A DNA stretch of 64,000 bases from a virus, in the IMG/VR virus record IMGVR_UViG_3300008952_001422, positions 32,001-96,000 of that record; one strand, given 5' to 3'. A program made the translations under genes and the position numbers. How positions within the stretch are numbered: position 1 is the first letter of the stretch; every line of letters starts with the position of its first letter. Below, in pieces: positions 38,611 to 48,264 of the stretch. Under the pieces are notes generated by a model. That model searched no databases. It had not been told where the DNA came from and saw only the letters and a list, made by a program, of their open reading frames with translations.

Positions 38611-39366
38611 ATGCGTGATATTTTAAAGGATATTGTCAAACACACACATTCGCTAGGTATTATCCAAGCGGCTAAAGTGACAACAGATAAAGAGGGAACT
38701 ACAATCGATGCAATGGACGAAGACCGTACTGTTGTATTGAGTGGTAAATTACATGCACCAGTTCCTGAATTCGAAGGCAAGTTCGGTCTAGGAAGATTAA
38801 GTGTCTTAAGTGGATTACTTGACTATACTGGCGAAGACAAAGAAGGCAATCCTATTGTAGCAGATGTTAAAGTAGGAACAGAATCACGAAATGGTGAAGA
38901 TGTTACTACTGAACTTAACTTCTCTATGCCAGGTGGTTTTGATAGTTCATATCGAGTAATCGTAAGTGAATTAGTAGATGCACAAATCAAAACAGCAACT
39001 TTTAGAGGTGCGGCATGGAATGTAGAAATTATGCCAACACAAAAAGCAATCAAAGACTTACAATACTTTGCAGGTATTCTAGGTCAATTTGACCCACTAC
39101 TTACTGCGAGAACAGTGAATGGTAATTTAGTTTTCTATATCGGTGATAGTTCAACAGATAAAGTAGAACTTCCATTTGCAAACAATGTAGAGGGTGAACT
39201 AAAGACAGGTTGGAGTTTTCCATTGTCAACAGTTCTAACTATTCTTAGACTTAGTGATACAAGTACTATGAACATGAAGTTATCCGACCAAGGTGCGATG
39301 ATGATTTCAGTTGATAGTGGTTTAGGTTTATACGAGTACATTCTACCAGCAAAAGCCGGCAACTAA
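38611..39366 (+). CDS. putative DNA sliding clamp (gp45/PCNA-like)
   Basis: 251 aa; AMD..RTVVL N-terminal strand and YEYILPA C-terminus fit the clamp fold; near the polymerase. Confidence 0.65.
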   Translation: MRDILKDIVKHTHSLGIIQAAKVTTDKEGTTIDAMDEDRTVVLSGKLHAPVPEFEGKFGLGRLSVLSGLLDYTGEDKEGNPIVADVKVGTESRNGEDVTTELNFSMPGGFDSSYRVIVSELVDAQIKTATFRGAAWNVEIMPTQKAIKDLQYFAGILGQFDPLLTARTVNGNLVFYIGDSSTDKVELPFANNVEGELKTGWSFPLSTVLTILRLSDTSTMNMKLSDQGAMMISVDSGLGLYEYILPAKAGN

Positions 39367-39390
39367 TTTATAATAATATTAGAGTTTTAT

Positions 39391-39398
39391 TATAAATA
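39391..39398 (+). promoter_or_regulatory. canonical T4 late promoter TATAAATA
   Basis: Exact consensus; lies within an 11-bp inverted repeat (39366-39376 / 39387-39397). Confidence 0.55.
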
Positions 39399-39443
39399 CA
39401 TCGAGGAGGTTGTAACTGGTAAGACTCATTATAGGAGAAATGA

Positions 39444-39638
39444 ATGGGAAAAATCAACGCAGAGAAAATCAAAACACGCCTAATACACTTAAAAAAACAA
39501 CACAGAGACTTAGATGATGGTATTATAACTGCATTCAAGATGCACACAGATGACCAAGTTGTCTCTAAATTAAAACTTAAAAAGTTACATCTTAAAGAAG
39601 AAATTGTTCAATTAGAAAGAGACCTAGAAGAAATCTAG
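39444..39638 (+). CDS. DUF465/YdcH-like coiled-coil protein
   Basis: L...HRDLD..I......LK.KKL.LKEEI pattern. Confidence 0.7.
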   Translation: MGKINAEKIKTRLIHLKKQHRDLDDGIITAFKMHTDDQVVSKLKLKKLHLKEEIVQLERDLEEI

Positions 39639-40189
39639 TGAGCATACTCAAACCAACACCAAAAACAATCCAAAATTTGATAAGAGTCATTCCAGACCAT
39701 CCGAGGCCTGGCGTACTCTATCAGGATATGGCAAGTGTCTTTAATGCGGCTCGAGGTATACAAGATGTCATGTCATTGTTTAATGATTATATCTCAGAGA
39801 ATAATATAAAATTTAACAGAATCATTGGACTAGATGCACGTGGATTTCCAATGGCTGGATGTTTAAGTTCAGAAACTGGCATACCATTTTCAATGGCTAG
39901 AAAGAAAGGTAAACTACCAGGCGAAACAATATTTACTGAATATGAACTAGAATACGGAACTGACGAATTGCACTTACAAGTAGATGCAATAGAGAAAGGG
40001 GACCAAGTATTGATTGTAGATGATGTTATAGCAACAGGTGGAACACTGGAGGCAGCCATTAAACTAACTGATAGATTTGAAGCCGAGGTTGTAGGTATAT
40101 TAAGTATAATGGAACTTGAGTTTTTGGGTGGTGGTGAGAAATTGCGTGATGCAGGGCATGACGTGTACTCAATATTACAAGAACAGTAG
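39638..40189 (+). CDS. apt: adenine phosphoribosyltransferase
   Basis: IPDHP.PGV.YQD, GLDARGF, RKKGKLPG, YELEYG and the PRPP motif VLIVDDVIATGGT. Confidence 0.93.
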   Translation: MSILKPTPKTIQNLIRVIPDHPRPGVLYQDMASVFNAARGIQDVMSLFNDYISENNIKFNRIIGLDARGFPMAGCLSSETGIPFSMARKKGKLPGETIFTEYELEYGTDELHLQVDAIEKGDQVLIVDDVIATGGTLEAAIKLTDRFEAEVVGILSIMELEFLGGGEKLRDAGHDVYSILQEQ

Positions 40190-40199
40190 CATAAACCAC

Positions 40200-40228
40200 T
40201 TGACTTTTGTGTTAAAATTTTGTATAAT
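40200..40228 (+). promoter_or_regulatory. sigma70 promoter (possibly leaderless)
   Basis: TTGACT-N17-TATAAT; the metK ATG begins 7 nt after the -10 box. Confidence 0.7.
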
Positions 40229-40234
40229 AGGAGT

Positions 40235-41323
40235 ATGAATAACTATATTTTTACTAGTGAGAGTGTAAGTGACGGTCATCCTGACAAGGTTGCAGACCAA
40301 ATTAGTGATGCATTAGTTGATGCAGGACTTAAAAATGGTGATGAAAAGACACGGATAGCGGTCGAAACACTCGTAACTACAAATCACGTAACGTTAGCAG
40401 GTGAAGTAAAGAACTTTAACGTGAGCAAAGAAGATGTTGAGCAAATTGTTCGTAATAAAGTTAAAGATATCGGATATGAACAAGGAGGCTTTCATTGGGA
40501 TAAACTAAAGATTTATAATGAGATTCACACACAATCTGGTGATATCGCACTAGGAACCGATGATTTCGGCGCTGGAGACCAAGGATTAATGTTTGGTTAT
40601 GCGTGTAACGACAACGAAGCAATGATGCCAGCACCTATATATTACGCACACGAAATACTTAAAGACCTCAAAGAAAAACGCAAAGGTGGTTATGAATATA
40701 TGTTGCCAGATGCAAAATCACAAGTAAGTTTGCAATATGAAGGTGGTAAAGTAAAACGTGTTGACCAGATTGTAATATCACATCAACATACAAAAGGATT
40801 TGGACATAGTATTAAAATGCCTTGTAGAGATTCAGCAGAAAAAATACTAAAAGGTTTGATAGATGATGAAACTGTATGGTATATCAATCCTACGGGCAAG
40901 TTTGAGATTGGTGGACCAGATGGAGATGCCGGAGTAACAGGTAGAAAGATTATTGTTGATACATACGGCGGTTATGCACCTCATGGTGGCGGTGCATTCT
41001 CAGGAAAAGACCCTACGAAAGTAGATAGAAGTGCCTCTTATATGGCACGATGGTTAGCAAAGAATGTTGTAGCAGATAACATGGCAGATTGGTGTCAAAT
41101 TCAATTGAGTTATGCTATCGGTGTTAAAGAGCCAACTAGTATCTATGTAGATAGTGATGGACACAATCGTAGTATTGAAAAGTTTATTGCTGAGAATATT
41201 GATTTAACACCAAAAGGGATTATTGATAGATTTGATTTATTCAACTTTCATCAATATAGTAAGAATTGTGTATACGGACATTTTGGTGACAAAGATGTTC
41301 CATGGGAGAAAATAGGATGGTAA
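40235..41323 (+). CDS. metK: S-adenosylmethionine synthetase
   Basis: FTSESVSDGHPDK, GAGDQG, GGGAFSGKDPTKVDRS. Confidence 0.96.
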   Translation: MNNYIFTSESVSDGHPDKVADQISDALVDAGLKNGDEKTRIAVETLVTTNHVTLAGEVKNFNVSKEDVEQIVRNKVKDIGYEQGGFHWDKLKIYNEIHTQSGDIALGTDDFGAGDQGLMFGYACNDNEAMMPAPIYYAHEILKDLKEKRKGGYEYMLPDAKSQVSLQYEGGKVKRVDQIVISHQHTKGFGHSIKMPCRDSAEKILKGLIDDETVWYINPTGKFEIGGPDGDAGVTGRKIIVDTYGGYAPHGGGAFSGKDPTKVDRSASYMARWLAKNVVADNMADWCQIQLSYAIGVKEPTSIYVDSDGHNRSIEKFIAENIDLTPKGIIDRFDLFNFHQYSKNCVYGHFGDKDVPWEKIGW

Positions 41324-41324
41324 T

Positions 41325-41618
41325 ATGCCAGTAGTACCAAACGATTTAGAAAAATTTACAGTTCTATGGGAAGTTGATTACTATGATGCTGAAAAGAAAT
41401 TCTTTGTACGAGAAGGAAATACTGCTGAAAGTTTAGATGATTTAATGGACGATTTAGGTGAGAACGCAGTCGACCATGAACCAGAAAATGAAACGCCAGT
41501 TGGATTAGGAAACTTCAACATCGAATGGATTAAAATTTTAGATAACAATGATAACGAAGTTTGGAGAGATAAAGATTACGACTTCACTGAATATGAAAGG
41601 GAAATAAATGAGCAGTAA
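41325..41618 (+). CDS. hypothetical acidic protein
   Basis: ORF within the operon. Confidence 0.55.
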   Translation: MPVVPNDLEKFTVLWEVDYYDAEKKFFVREGNTAESLDDLMDDLGENAVDHEPENETPVGLGNFNIEWIKILDNNDNEVWRDKDYDFTEYEREINEQ

Positions 41619-41892
41619 GATGAAAACATTTACGTTTGAAACGTTAGATGGTGCAGAAATAGAATCAAAAGAATACAAAGGATTAAAACAAGCATTGTTT
41701 GATGTACAAAAACAAATTAAAGGCAATAAGGTTCGTGTCCAATATAAAAATAAGAAAGGCAATGCAATTGACCGATGGGCAAAGATTCCTATTGGCAGAA
41801 AAAAGAGAGGGTTTCAAATACCTAAACCTTATATGACTAAAGCAATGCTGAGGAAACTAGAAAAACAACCAAAACAAGGAGTATATAGATGA
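41608..41892 (+). CDS. hypothetical basic protein
   Basis: Overlapping ORF within the operon. Confidence 0.55.
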   Translation: MSSKMKTFTFETLDGAEIESKEYKGLKQALFDVQKQIKGNKVRVQYKNKKGNAIDRWAKIPIGRKKRGFQIPKPYMTKAMLRKLEKQPKQGVYR

Positions 41893-42356
41893 GCAATCCA
41901 CTAAATCCATCTAATTGGTTTAGCACACCAGAAGAAAAAGAAAGAGCAATTGCTAGACGAATTGTTGACGAAAAAGAACGTGACATTGCACTTGAAAAGA
42001 TTAACTTCAAGTATGGTCATATAGACCAACATAAACACGACAAAAACATGGCAACATTAGAAGGCAAAGAATATGTCAGAGTTGTTGGCATGGAATTAGA
42101 TAAAGATAAACCAGGACAAGGTTTCTTTGAATTAGATTTCAATGATAACTTTGTAGAATATCTTGCACAGAATGGTTACGAAGGCATAGAACAAGACCAA
42201 ATCGTTGATAACTGGTTTAATGATTTATGTAAGAACATTGTGTTGAATGATTTAGAAGACGAAGAAGGTGTCAGAAGAAGTGTAATGACTGATAGCAAAG
42301 AAGGTCTAATCATCAGCAAGGTTAAAACAGACAAGAACACTTCTGAGTATTCCTAA
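41889..42356 (+). CDS. hypothetical phage protein
   Basis: SD AAGGAG; immediately upstream of RNase H. Confidence 0.6.
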   Translation: MSNPLNPSNWFSTPEEKERAIARRIVDEKERDIALEKINFKYGHIDQHKHDKNMATLEGKEYVRVVGMELDKDKPGQGFFELDFNDNFVEYLAQNGYEGIEQDQIVDNWFNDLCKNIVLNDLEDEEGVRRSVMTDSKEGLIISKVKTDKNTSEYS

Positions 42357-42357
42357 T

Positions 42358-43359
42358 ATGTCTACATTCATTCTAGTAGATTCATTCAATATGTATCATC
42401 GAGCAAAGCACGTAGCAATGCGTGGTGCGAATGTTGATATGAAAATTGGTATGGCATATCATATAATGCTTAGTAGTGTTAAACTATGTTATAACAAATT
42501 CAAGGCAGACCATGCCGTATTCTGTTTAGAAGGTCGTAGTTGGCGTAGAGATTTTTATGAGCCATACAAAAAGAATAGACATGTTGCTCAAATGGCTAAG
42601 ACTGTCAAAGAAAAAGAAGAAGATGAAATTATGTTTCAATCATATGATGATATGATTACATTCTTAGATGAGAAAACAAATGTAACATTGTTACATAATC
42701 CCGAAGCCGAAGCAGATGATATGATTGCTATATTCATCGAGGCACATCCAAATGATAATCACATTATTGTATCAAGTGATAGTGATTATCTACAATTAAT
42801 TTCAGATAATGTAACTATGTATGACGGAGTACAAAATCGTATTATTACTAAAGATGGTTTCTTTAAAGATGATAAGAATATGACTCCTATAAAAGAAAAG
42901 AAAACTGACGAGATTAAAGAAGCACCAAATCCAGAGTGGTTGTTGTTTGAGAAATGTATTCGTGGTGACACATCAGATAATATCTTTTCAGCATATCCTG
43001 GTTGTCGTAAGAAAGGCACTAAGAATAAAGTAGGTATGTTAGAAGCATTTGCTGATAAAGAAAATGGTGGATTTAATTGGAATAATTTTATGCTCCAGGT
43101 ATGGACTGACCATAATGGTGAAGAGCATACTGTCCGTGATGATTTTGAACGTAACGTAAAACTAATAGATTTGACTGCTCAACCTATGGATTTAAAAGTT
43201 AAGTTTGTAGAAACAATCGCAGAGAATAGTATACCAAAAAGTAAAACTGGTGTTGGTATGAACTTCTTAAAGTTTTGTGGCACACACGATTTACAAAATC
43301 TTGCTAAGTCACCTGATGAACTTGCATCAATTCTTAATCAACCGTATCCTGTTCAATGA
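42358..43359 (+). CDS. rnh: T4 RNase H-like 5'-3' exonuclease (FEN family)
   Basis: LVD..N, SWRR....YK.NR, EADD, SSDSDY.QL and GDTSDNI motifs. Confidence 0.9.
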   Translation: MSTFILVDSFNMYHRAKHVAMRGANVDMKIGMAYHIMLSSVKLCYNKFKADHAVFCLEGRSWRRDFYEPYKKNRHVAQMAKTVKEKEEDEIMFQSYDDMITFLDEKTNVTLLHNPEAEADDMIAIFIEAHPNDNHIIVSSDSDYLQLISDNVTMYDGVQNRIITKDGFFKDDKNMTPIKEKKTDEIKEAPNPEWLLFEKCIRGDTSDNIFSAYPGCRKKGTKNKVGMLEAFADKENGGFNWNNFMLQVWTDHNGEEHTVRDDFERNVKLIDLTAQPMDLKVKFVETIAENSIPKSKTGVGMNFLKFCGTHDLQNLAKSPDELASILNQPYPVQ

Positions 43360-43451
43360 GAAAGAGAAAGACGACTTCATTACTTGAATCGTTATTAGTA
43401 TTTGCAGTTATAACATTCGTTTATGGAATGATTATACTGTTTTGGAATTAA
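43356..43451 (+). CDS. 31-aa single-TM protein (not in ORF track)
   Basis: MRKRKTTSLLESLLVFAVITFVYGMIILFWN*; ATGA overlap with rnh and fills the gap to the next gene. Confidence 0.55.
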   Translation: MRKRKTTSLLESLLVFAVITFVYGMIILFWN

Positions 43452-43455
43452 ATAA

Positions 43456-44202
43456 ATGAATTGTTACATATTCGATGTAGATGGTACACTTACTCCAAGT
43501 AGAGATGAAATCAATAAGGATTTTCTAAAGTGGTTTTTGGAGTTTGTTAAATGGCATCCAGTGTACCTAGTTACAGGAAGCGATAGAACTAAAACAGAAG
43601 AACAAATTGGTGAAGAACTATTTAAAAAAGTAAACTGTGTATATAATTGTTCAGGAAACACAAAACACAAAAAGGGTGTTTGTGTATTCAATACTAAAGA
43701 TTTCAAATTAGAAGACAAACCACAAAAGTTCTTAGAAAGAAAATTACGTAATAGTGATTTTGATATTAAAACTGGATTTCATTTTGATTCTAGACCAGGA
43801 TTATTGAACTTTAGTATTGTTGGCAGAAATGCCTCGAAGACTGAAAGAAAAAAGTATGTTAAGTATGACACATCAACTAATGAACGAGAGTTAATTTCTA
43901 ACAAATTCAATAAACTGTTTTCTAAGAAATTTGGTATTGTGTCGCAAATAGCAGGTGAAACTGGATTAGATATTATAAAGATAGGAACGGATAAGGCACA
44001 AATATTAAAAGATTTCACATTCCAAGATGAACTGATATTCTTCGGTGACAATATACAACCTGGTGGCAATGATTATGGAATTGCACAAGTAATTGAATAT
44101 GGTCCCTATGACCGTACTGAGGTTCATCATGTAAAGAATTGGAAAGAAACATGGAAGATACTTAAAAAATATGATATACACGAAAGAAATAGTAAAAGAT
44201 AA
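43456..44202 (+). CDS. HAD-IIB phosphomannomutase (eukaryotic PMM-type)
   Basis: FDVDGTLT, VTGSD, LNFSIVGRNA, FFGD....GGNDY. Confidence 0.85.
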   Translation: MNCYIFDVDGTLTPSRDEINKDFLKWFLEFVKWHPVYLVTGSDRTKTEEQIGEELFKKVNCVYNCSGNTKHKKGVCVFNTKDFKLEDKPQKFLERKLRNSDFDIKTGFHFDSRPGLLNFSIVGRNASKTERKKYVKYDTSTNERELISNKFNKLFSKKFGIVSQIAGETGLDIIKIGTDKAQILKDFTFQDELIFFGDNIQPGGNDYGIAQVIEYGPYDRTEVHHVKNWKETWKILKKYDIHERNSKR

Positions 44203-44710
44203 GTTTTGGATTTTAGAAAATTCAGGTATTAAAATAGGAACATTACGTTTTTGTTCATCAGATGATTTTGTAGTCAATGTAACGAATACAGATATATCTA
44301 AGGGTATTAATAACGAACACGTTACATATTCAGAACTCATACAATGTTTTGGTGAGAAGATATTAGAATCAAAAGAAAGTCCTGTAGTTGTTGAAGAAAA
44401 CAAAGTTGGACCTCGTGGTGGATGGAATACTTCTATGACTGAAATTGATGGTTATGCATCTAAACATATAGTACATAATGTAGAAACAATAGAGTTAAAA
44501 GGAAAACAAATTCCAACCTATACTAAAACTGAAACAAGTAAAGTAAGATATGTTGCTGGATATTATGGAGTAAGATTTCCAAGTGACTGGAGATGGTTTT
44601 ATGGTGGCAAACTTGATACATTAAAAGATTGCGATTTCATAGGACCTTATAGAACTAAATCAGAAATGCAATCAGAAACATTACTAGCGAACAAACGAGA
44701 TGGATTATAA
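44171..44710 (+). CDS. hypothetical phage protein
   Basis: 179 aa ORF within the operon. Confidence 0.6.
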   Translation: MIYTKEIVKDKFWILENSGIKIGTLRFCSSDDFVVNVTNTDISKGINNEHVTYSELIQCFGEKILESKESPVVVEENKVGPRGGWNTSMTEIDGYASKHIVHNVETIELKGKQIPTYTKTETSKVRYVAGYYGVRFPSDWRWFYGGKLDTLKDCDFIGPYRTKSEMQSETLLANKRDGL

Positions 44711-44894
44711 AAGTTTAAAAGATTTTCTAGTGGCAATCAAACGAGCAAATCTTAGAGGTGACCACAAGGTAACACTTCCTATGAAAGAAGCAATTGATAT
44801 ACAAAATGACATTGCTTTACTGTTATTAGAACTAAAGAAACGTAATACTAACGTTGAAACCACTTTGGATGGTGGTGGCTTCAATGAGGAATAA
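44700..44894 (+). CDS. hypothetical protein
   Basis: Overlapping 64 aa ORF ending in DGGGF. Confidence 0.55.
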   Translation: MDYKSLKDFLVAIKRANLRGDHKVTLPMKEAIDIQNDIALLLLELKKRNTNVETTLDGGGFNEE

Positions 44895-44925
44895 CCATTA
44901 TATACGTCTATTATTCTAATAATTA

Positions 44926-44933
44926 GATAAATA
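44926..44933 (+). promoter_or_regulatory. late promoter variant GATAAATA
   Basis: Same 17-mer context as at 6491. Confidence 0.6.
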
Positions 44934-44962
44934 AGAGTAGAACCAATAATAAGGATACTCTT

Positions 44963-45250
44963 ATGGCTAGACCAAAACCTACAATAATCTTGGAACACAC
45001 CGATAATCAAACATATCGTAGTGAACAAGTACTTAAAGCAACAGCAGTATATTCCGTTTTTTACAAAGGAGTAGCGATTAATCTTCGTAGCCTTAACTCA
45101 TTGGTTAATTTTCCTGGTCCAAAATACAAAAAAGTATCATTCAGTAACCCTGGACATGCAATCAACCTAGCACAACGTTTAAATAAGTTGTTTAGATGTG
45201 ACGATTTTGAAGTATTTGTGCTAACAAAGGGTGAAAAATTAGAGTTGTAA
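44963..45250 (+). CDS. hypothetical jumbo-phage protein
   Basis: MARPKP...PGPKYKKVSFSNPGHA; SD TAAGGA. Confidence 0.65.
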   Translation: MARPKPTIILEHTDNQTYRSEQVLKATAVYSVFYKGVAINLRSLNSLVNFPGPKYKKVSFSNPGHAINLAQRLNKLFRCDDFEVFVLTKGEKLEL

Positions 45251-45251
45251 A

Positions 45252-45617
45252 GTGAACAAGATTGAGTTAATAACTTATATTAACGAAAATACAACTGGAA
45301 AAATAGCAGGCAGAAAAGAAATCACTCTAAGTGATATATTCATAAGTACTCTACCCAATCAATTCAGAGTTTCAGCACTGGGTCGAAATATTCTCAAAAA
45401 ACATTTCAAAATATATAATATAGAGATAAAATCAGAAATTGCTATAGGTACAGGTAATCAAATACTTGCACTTGATAAGTATCTAAAAACTCCCTATTAT
45501 CTAAGAAAGTCTAAATTAGTCTTATTTGAAGAGGTTCCAGCCGCAGAATTGCTGATGATTGACGGTGATATAGACCTCTGGACCGAAAATAAGACATTTT
45601 TTAACCCAAAAACTTGA
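45252..45617 (+). CDS. hypothetical protein
   Basis: GTG start directly after the previous stop. Confidence 0.55.
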   Translation: MNKIELITYINENTTGKIAGRKEITLSDIFISTLPNQFRVSALGRNILKKHFKIYNIEIKSEIAIGTGNQILALDKYLKTPYYLRKSKLVLFEEVPAAELLMIDGDIDLWTENKTFFNPKT

Positions 45618-45641
45618 CAGATATCGAATATATGCTATAAT
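45614..45641 (+). promoter_or_regulatory. strong early sigma70 promoter
   Basis: TTGACA-N16-TATAAT with extended TG. Confidence 0.8.
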
Positions 45642-45672
45642 ACTTGTATATTCAATAAAAAGAGAGGTTATT

Positions 45673-46803
45673 ATGAATACTAAAGTATCAACAAACGATT
45701 TAGATGTAAGAGTTGTCAGACCTAGTGATGTTAGGGCTGAACTTAACTATGCATTTAACAGAAAACGACCTGTATTTATTTGGGGTCCTCCTGGTGTTGG
45801 TAAATCAGAAATTGTAGATAGTATCACACAAGAAAGGTCAGGTTTTATGATTGACCTTAGACTTGCTCTGATGGAACCAACTGACTTAAGAGGTATTCCT
45901 TATTTCAACGAAAAAAATGGTACAATGGAATGGGCTACCCCTTCGGATTTACCTAGTCAAGAATTAGCAGACCAATATGAGTCCGTTATCTTATTTCTTG
46001 ACGAAATGAACCAAGCACCGCAATCAGTCCAAGCGGCGGCTTATCAGTTAATTCTAAACAGACGATTAGGTTCGTATGTTTTACCAGACAACGTTTTAAT
46101 CGTTGCGGCTGGAAACAGAGAGAGTGATAGAGGTGTTGCTTATAGAATGCCTTCACCACTTGCTAACAGATTTGTTCACTTAGAAATGGGTGTTGACTTT
46201 GAAGATTGGCAGACTTGGGCATTAGAGAATAAAATTCATTCTGATGTTGTAGGTTTCTTAACATCTAACAAGATGGACTTATTTAACTTTGACCCTAGAA
46301 CGGCTTCAAGAGCCTTTGCTACTCCAAGAAGTTGGACTTTTGTTTCAGAAATGTTACCAAAAGAAGGCGAAGAAATCAGTGATAGCAGGTTACACGACCT
46401 AATTGCTGGTACAGTTGGTGACGGAGTTGCTACCAAGTTCATGGCTCACAGAGCCATTTCTGGGAAGTTACCTGTTCCTGCTGATATTCTGAATGGTAAA
46501 GTTAAAACACTTTCTGTCGAGGCTAAAGAAATTTCAGCAATGTTTTCATTAACAACTTCATTATGTTATGAGTTGAAAGACTTTGTTGACAGAAACGGTA
46601 AAAAGAAAATGGACGAGTTGTACAAAATGGCTGACAACTTCTTCAATTTTATGATGGAAAACTTCGATACTGAAATGACAGTATTGGGTGGAAGAACTGC
46701 TCTTAAAGTTTACAAGTTACCTCTAGAACCTAGAAAAGTACCTTGTATTGAGAAGTTCTTCAAAAAGCATGGGAAACTTATTATTGAGGCCCATAATGCA
46801 TAA
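45673..46803 (+). CDS. MoxR-type AAA+ ATPase
   Basis: GPPGVGKS, LFLDEMN, AAGN, PLANRF, TPRSW. Confidence 0.9.
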   Translation: MNTKVSTNDLDVRVVRPSDVRAELNYAFNRKRPVFIWGPPGVGKSEIVDSITQERSGFMIDLRLALMEPTDLRGIPYFNEKNGTMEWATPSDLPSQELADQYESVILFLDEMNQAPQSVQAAAYQLILNRRLGSYVLPDNVLIVAAGNRESDRGVAYRMPSPLANRFVHLEMGVDFEDWQTWALENKIHSDVVGFLTSNKMDLFNFDPRTASRAFATPRSWTFVSEMLPKEGEEISDSRLHDLIAGTVGDGVATKFMAHRAISGKLPVPADILNGKVKTLSVEAKEISAMFSLTTSLCYELKDFVDRNGKKKMDELYKMADNFFNFMMENFDTEMTVLGGRTALKVYKLPLEPRKVPCIEKFFKKHGKLIIEAHNA

Positions 46804-46833
46804 ATCTCAATAATACATAGTAATAACCACTCG

Positions 46834-46878
46834 AAAAGAGGGATGTCTATTGACTTCCCTCTTTTTTTATGGTACAAT
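46834..46878 (+). promoter_or_regulatory. terminator hairpin with embedded sigma70 promoter
   Basis: aaaagaggga...tccctctttt stem; TTGACT (46850)-N17-TACAAT (46873). Confidence 0.7.
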
Positions 46879-46884
46879 GATACT

Positions 46885-48264
46885 ATGATATTTGATACCA
46901 TAAAGCAGATGGCTCGGGACCACGGGTCAAAGACGGCTCTTGTCTGCAAGGATAAGCAATATACCTATTCTGAACTTATAAAAAGTGTAGAAAAACTGTC
47001 TGCCATTTTATCAACTGCTATAAAACCTGGTGAAAAAGTTCTGTTTGCAAGTGAAAAAGAATATCACTATGTGAGAATGGTACTTGCTTGTGATATCTTA
47101 GGTATAACATTCATTCCAACTCATCCTAATCTACCAGAAGATTACTTATTTGATATTGTCGAAGCCTGTAAACCAGACCATGTTATAATGAATGAGAAAG
47201 ATGCATTAGAACTAAAACCCCACAATAAAGGTCTAGTGTATTCTAAAAACGAGAACTCTATCTATACGGTATTATTCACAAGTGGCACAAGTGGTACTCC
47301 ATCTGCGGTTACTCACTCCGCCGCCGCCTGTATGTTTGGATGTTTAAATAGTATTTCAATACACGATTTATCATCTGATGATGTAATATTATCACAACTT
47401 CCTCCATCAACGATTGCAGGACTATACTTATATGCACTCCCAGGATTACTTAAAGGTGCTACTGTAATTATTGAAAAGTTCGAACCAAGACGATATATAG
47501 AATTATGTAACAAATGGAAGCCTACTATCGGCACAATGGTACCAGCAATGATACTTGCTTTACAAAAAGTTCGTAAATGGAAAGATTATAGTATGTCACA
47601 TTATCGACAGTTGAGTATTGGCAGTACCGCAATTACTAATGAAGTAATTGACTTATTGTTTGATAAGGGAGTTCCACTTGTTAGACATCTTTATGGATGT
47701 ACAGAAACACACGTACCTGCACTTACATATCTTATTGAACCCGATACTAAACACAAATTGCAACTGTCAGTATCACAATTTTATGAGCATAAATTAGATA
47801 GATTTGGTGTATTGTGGTTGAAAGGACCAACAGTAACAAAACGATACTTGAATAGTGAAGCAACCGTTATTGATGCCGAAGGATATTGGTGTACTGGTGA
47901 TGTATTTGAGAGAGAACATAACGAGTTAGTATTTAAGACACGAGAGAAAGATTTGATTAACGTAAATAGTTTCAATGTGTCACCGGTAGCAGTAGAGAAC
48001 GCCATCCTTGCTTGTGATGGAGTAGATGAAGTATGTGTTACATATAGAGAACGAGGTCTTGGAGAGAATGAATTAGTAGCCGTCATACGAAGTACTGATA
48101 AAAGAATGAATAAATACTACATAACAGAACAAATAAAGACAAAGTTAATGCACTACGAATTGCCTAAAGATATCATTATTGTGACAGAAGATTTGCCACG
48201 AAATGCAATGGGTAAAATTAAAAGACACACAGTAAAGAAGACATTTTGTGAGAAGGAGGATTAA
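46885..48264 (+). CDS. ANL-superfamily adenylate-forming enzyme (acyl-CoA/acyl-ACP ligase)
   Basis: FTSGTSGTP, YGCTE, TGD, PRNAMGKI; start placed at MIFDTIKQ. Confidence 0.9.
   Translation: MIFDTIKQMARDHGSKTALVCKDKQYTYSELIKSVEKLSAILSTAIKPGEKVLFASEKEYHYVRMVLACDILGITFIPTHPNLPEDYLFDIVEACKPDHVIMNEKDALELKPHNKGLVYSKNENSIYTVLFTSGTSGTPSAVTHSAAACMFGCLNSISIHDLSSDDVILSQLPPSTIAGLYLYALPGLLKGATVIIEKFEPRRYIELCNKWKPTIGTMVPAMILALQKVRKWKDYSMSHYRQLSIGSTAITNEVIDLLFDKGVPLVRHLYGCTETHVPALTYLIEPDTKHKLQLSVSQFYEHKLDRFGVLWLKGPTVTKRYLNSEATVIDAEGYWCTGDVFEREHNELVFKTREKDLINVNSFNVSPVAVENAILACDGVDEVCVTYRERGLGENELVAVIRSTDKRMNKYYITEQIKTKLMHYELPKDIIIVTEDLPRNAMGKIKRHTVKKTFCEKED

Noticed and set aside
46843-46884. ORF-track N-terminal extension of the adenylating ligase (similar extensions at 15355, 40220, 54266, 60059, 60896)
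   Set aside because: The extensions run through promoter/terminator DNA or neighbouring genes; downstream starts fit better.
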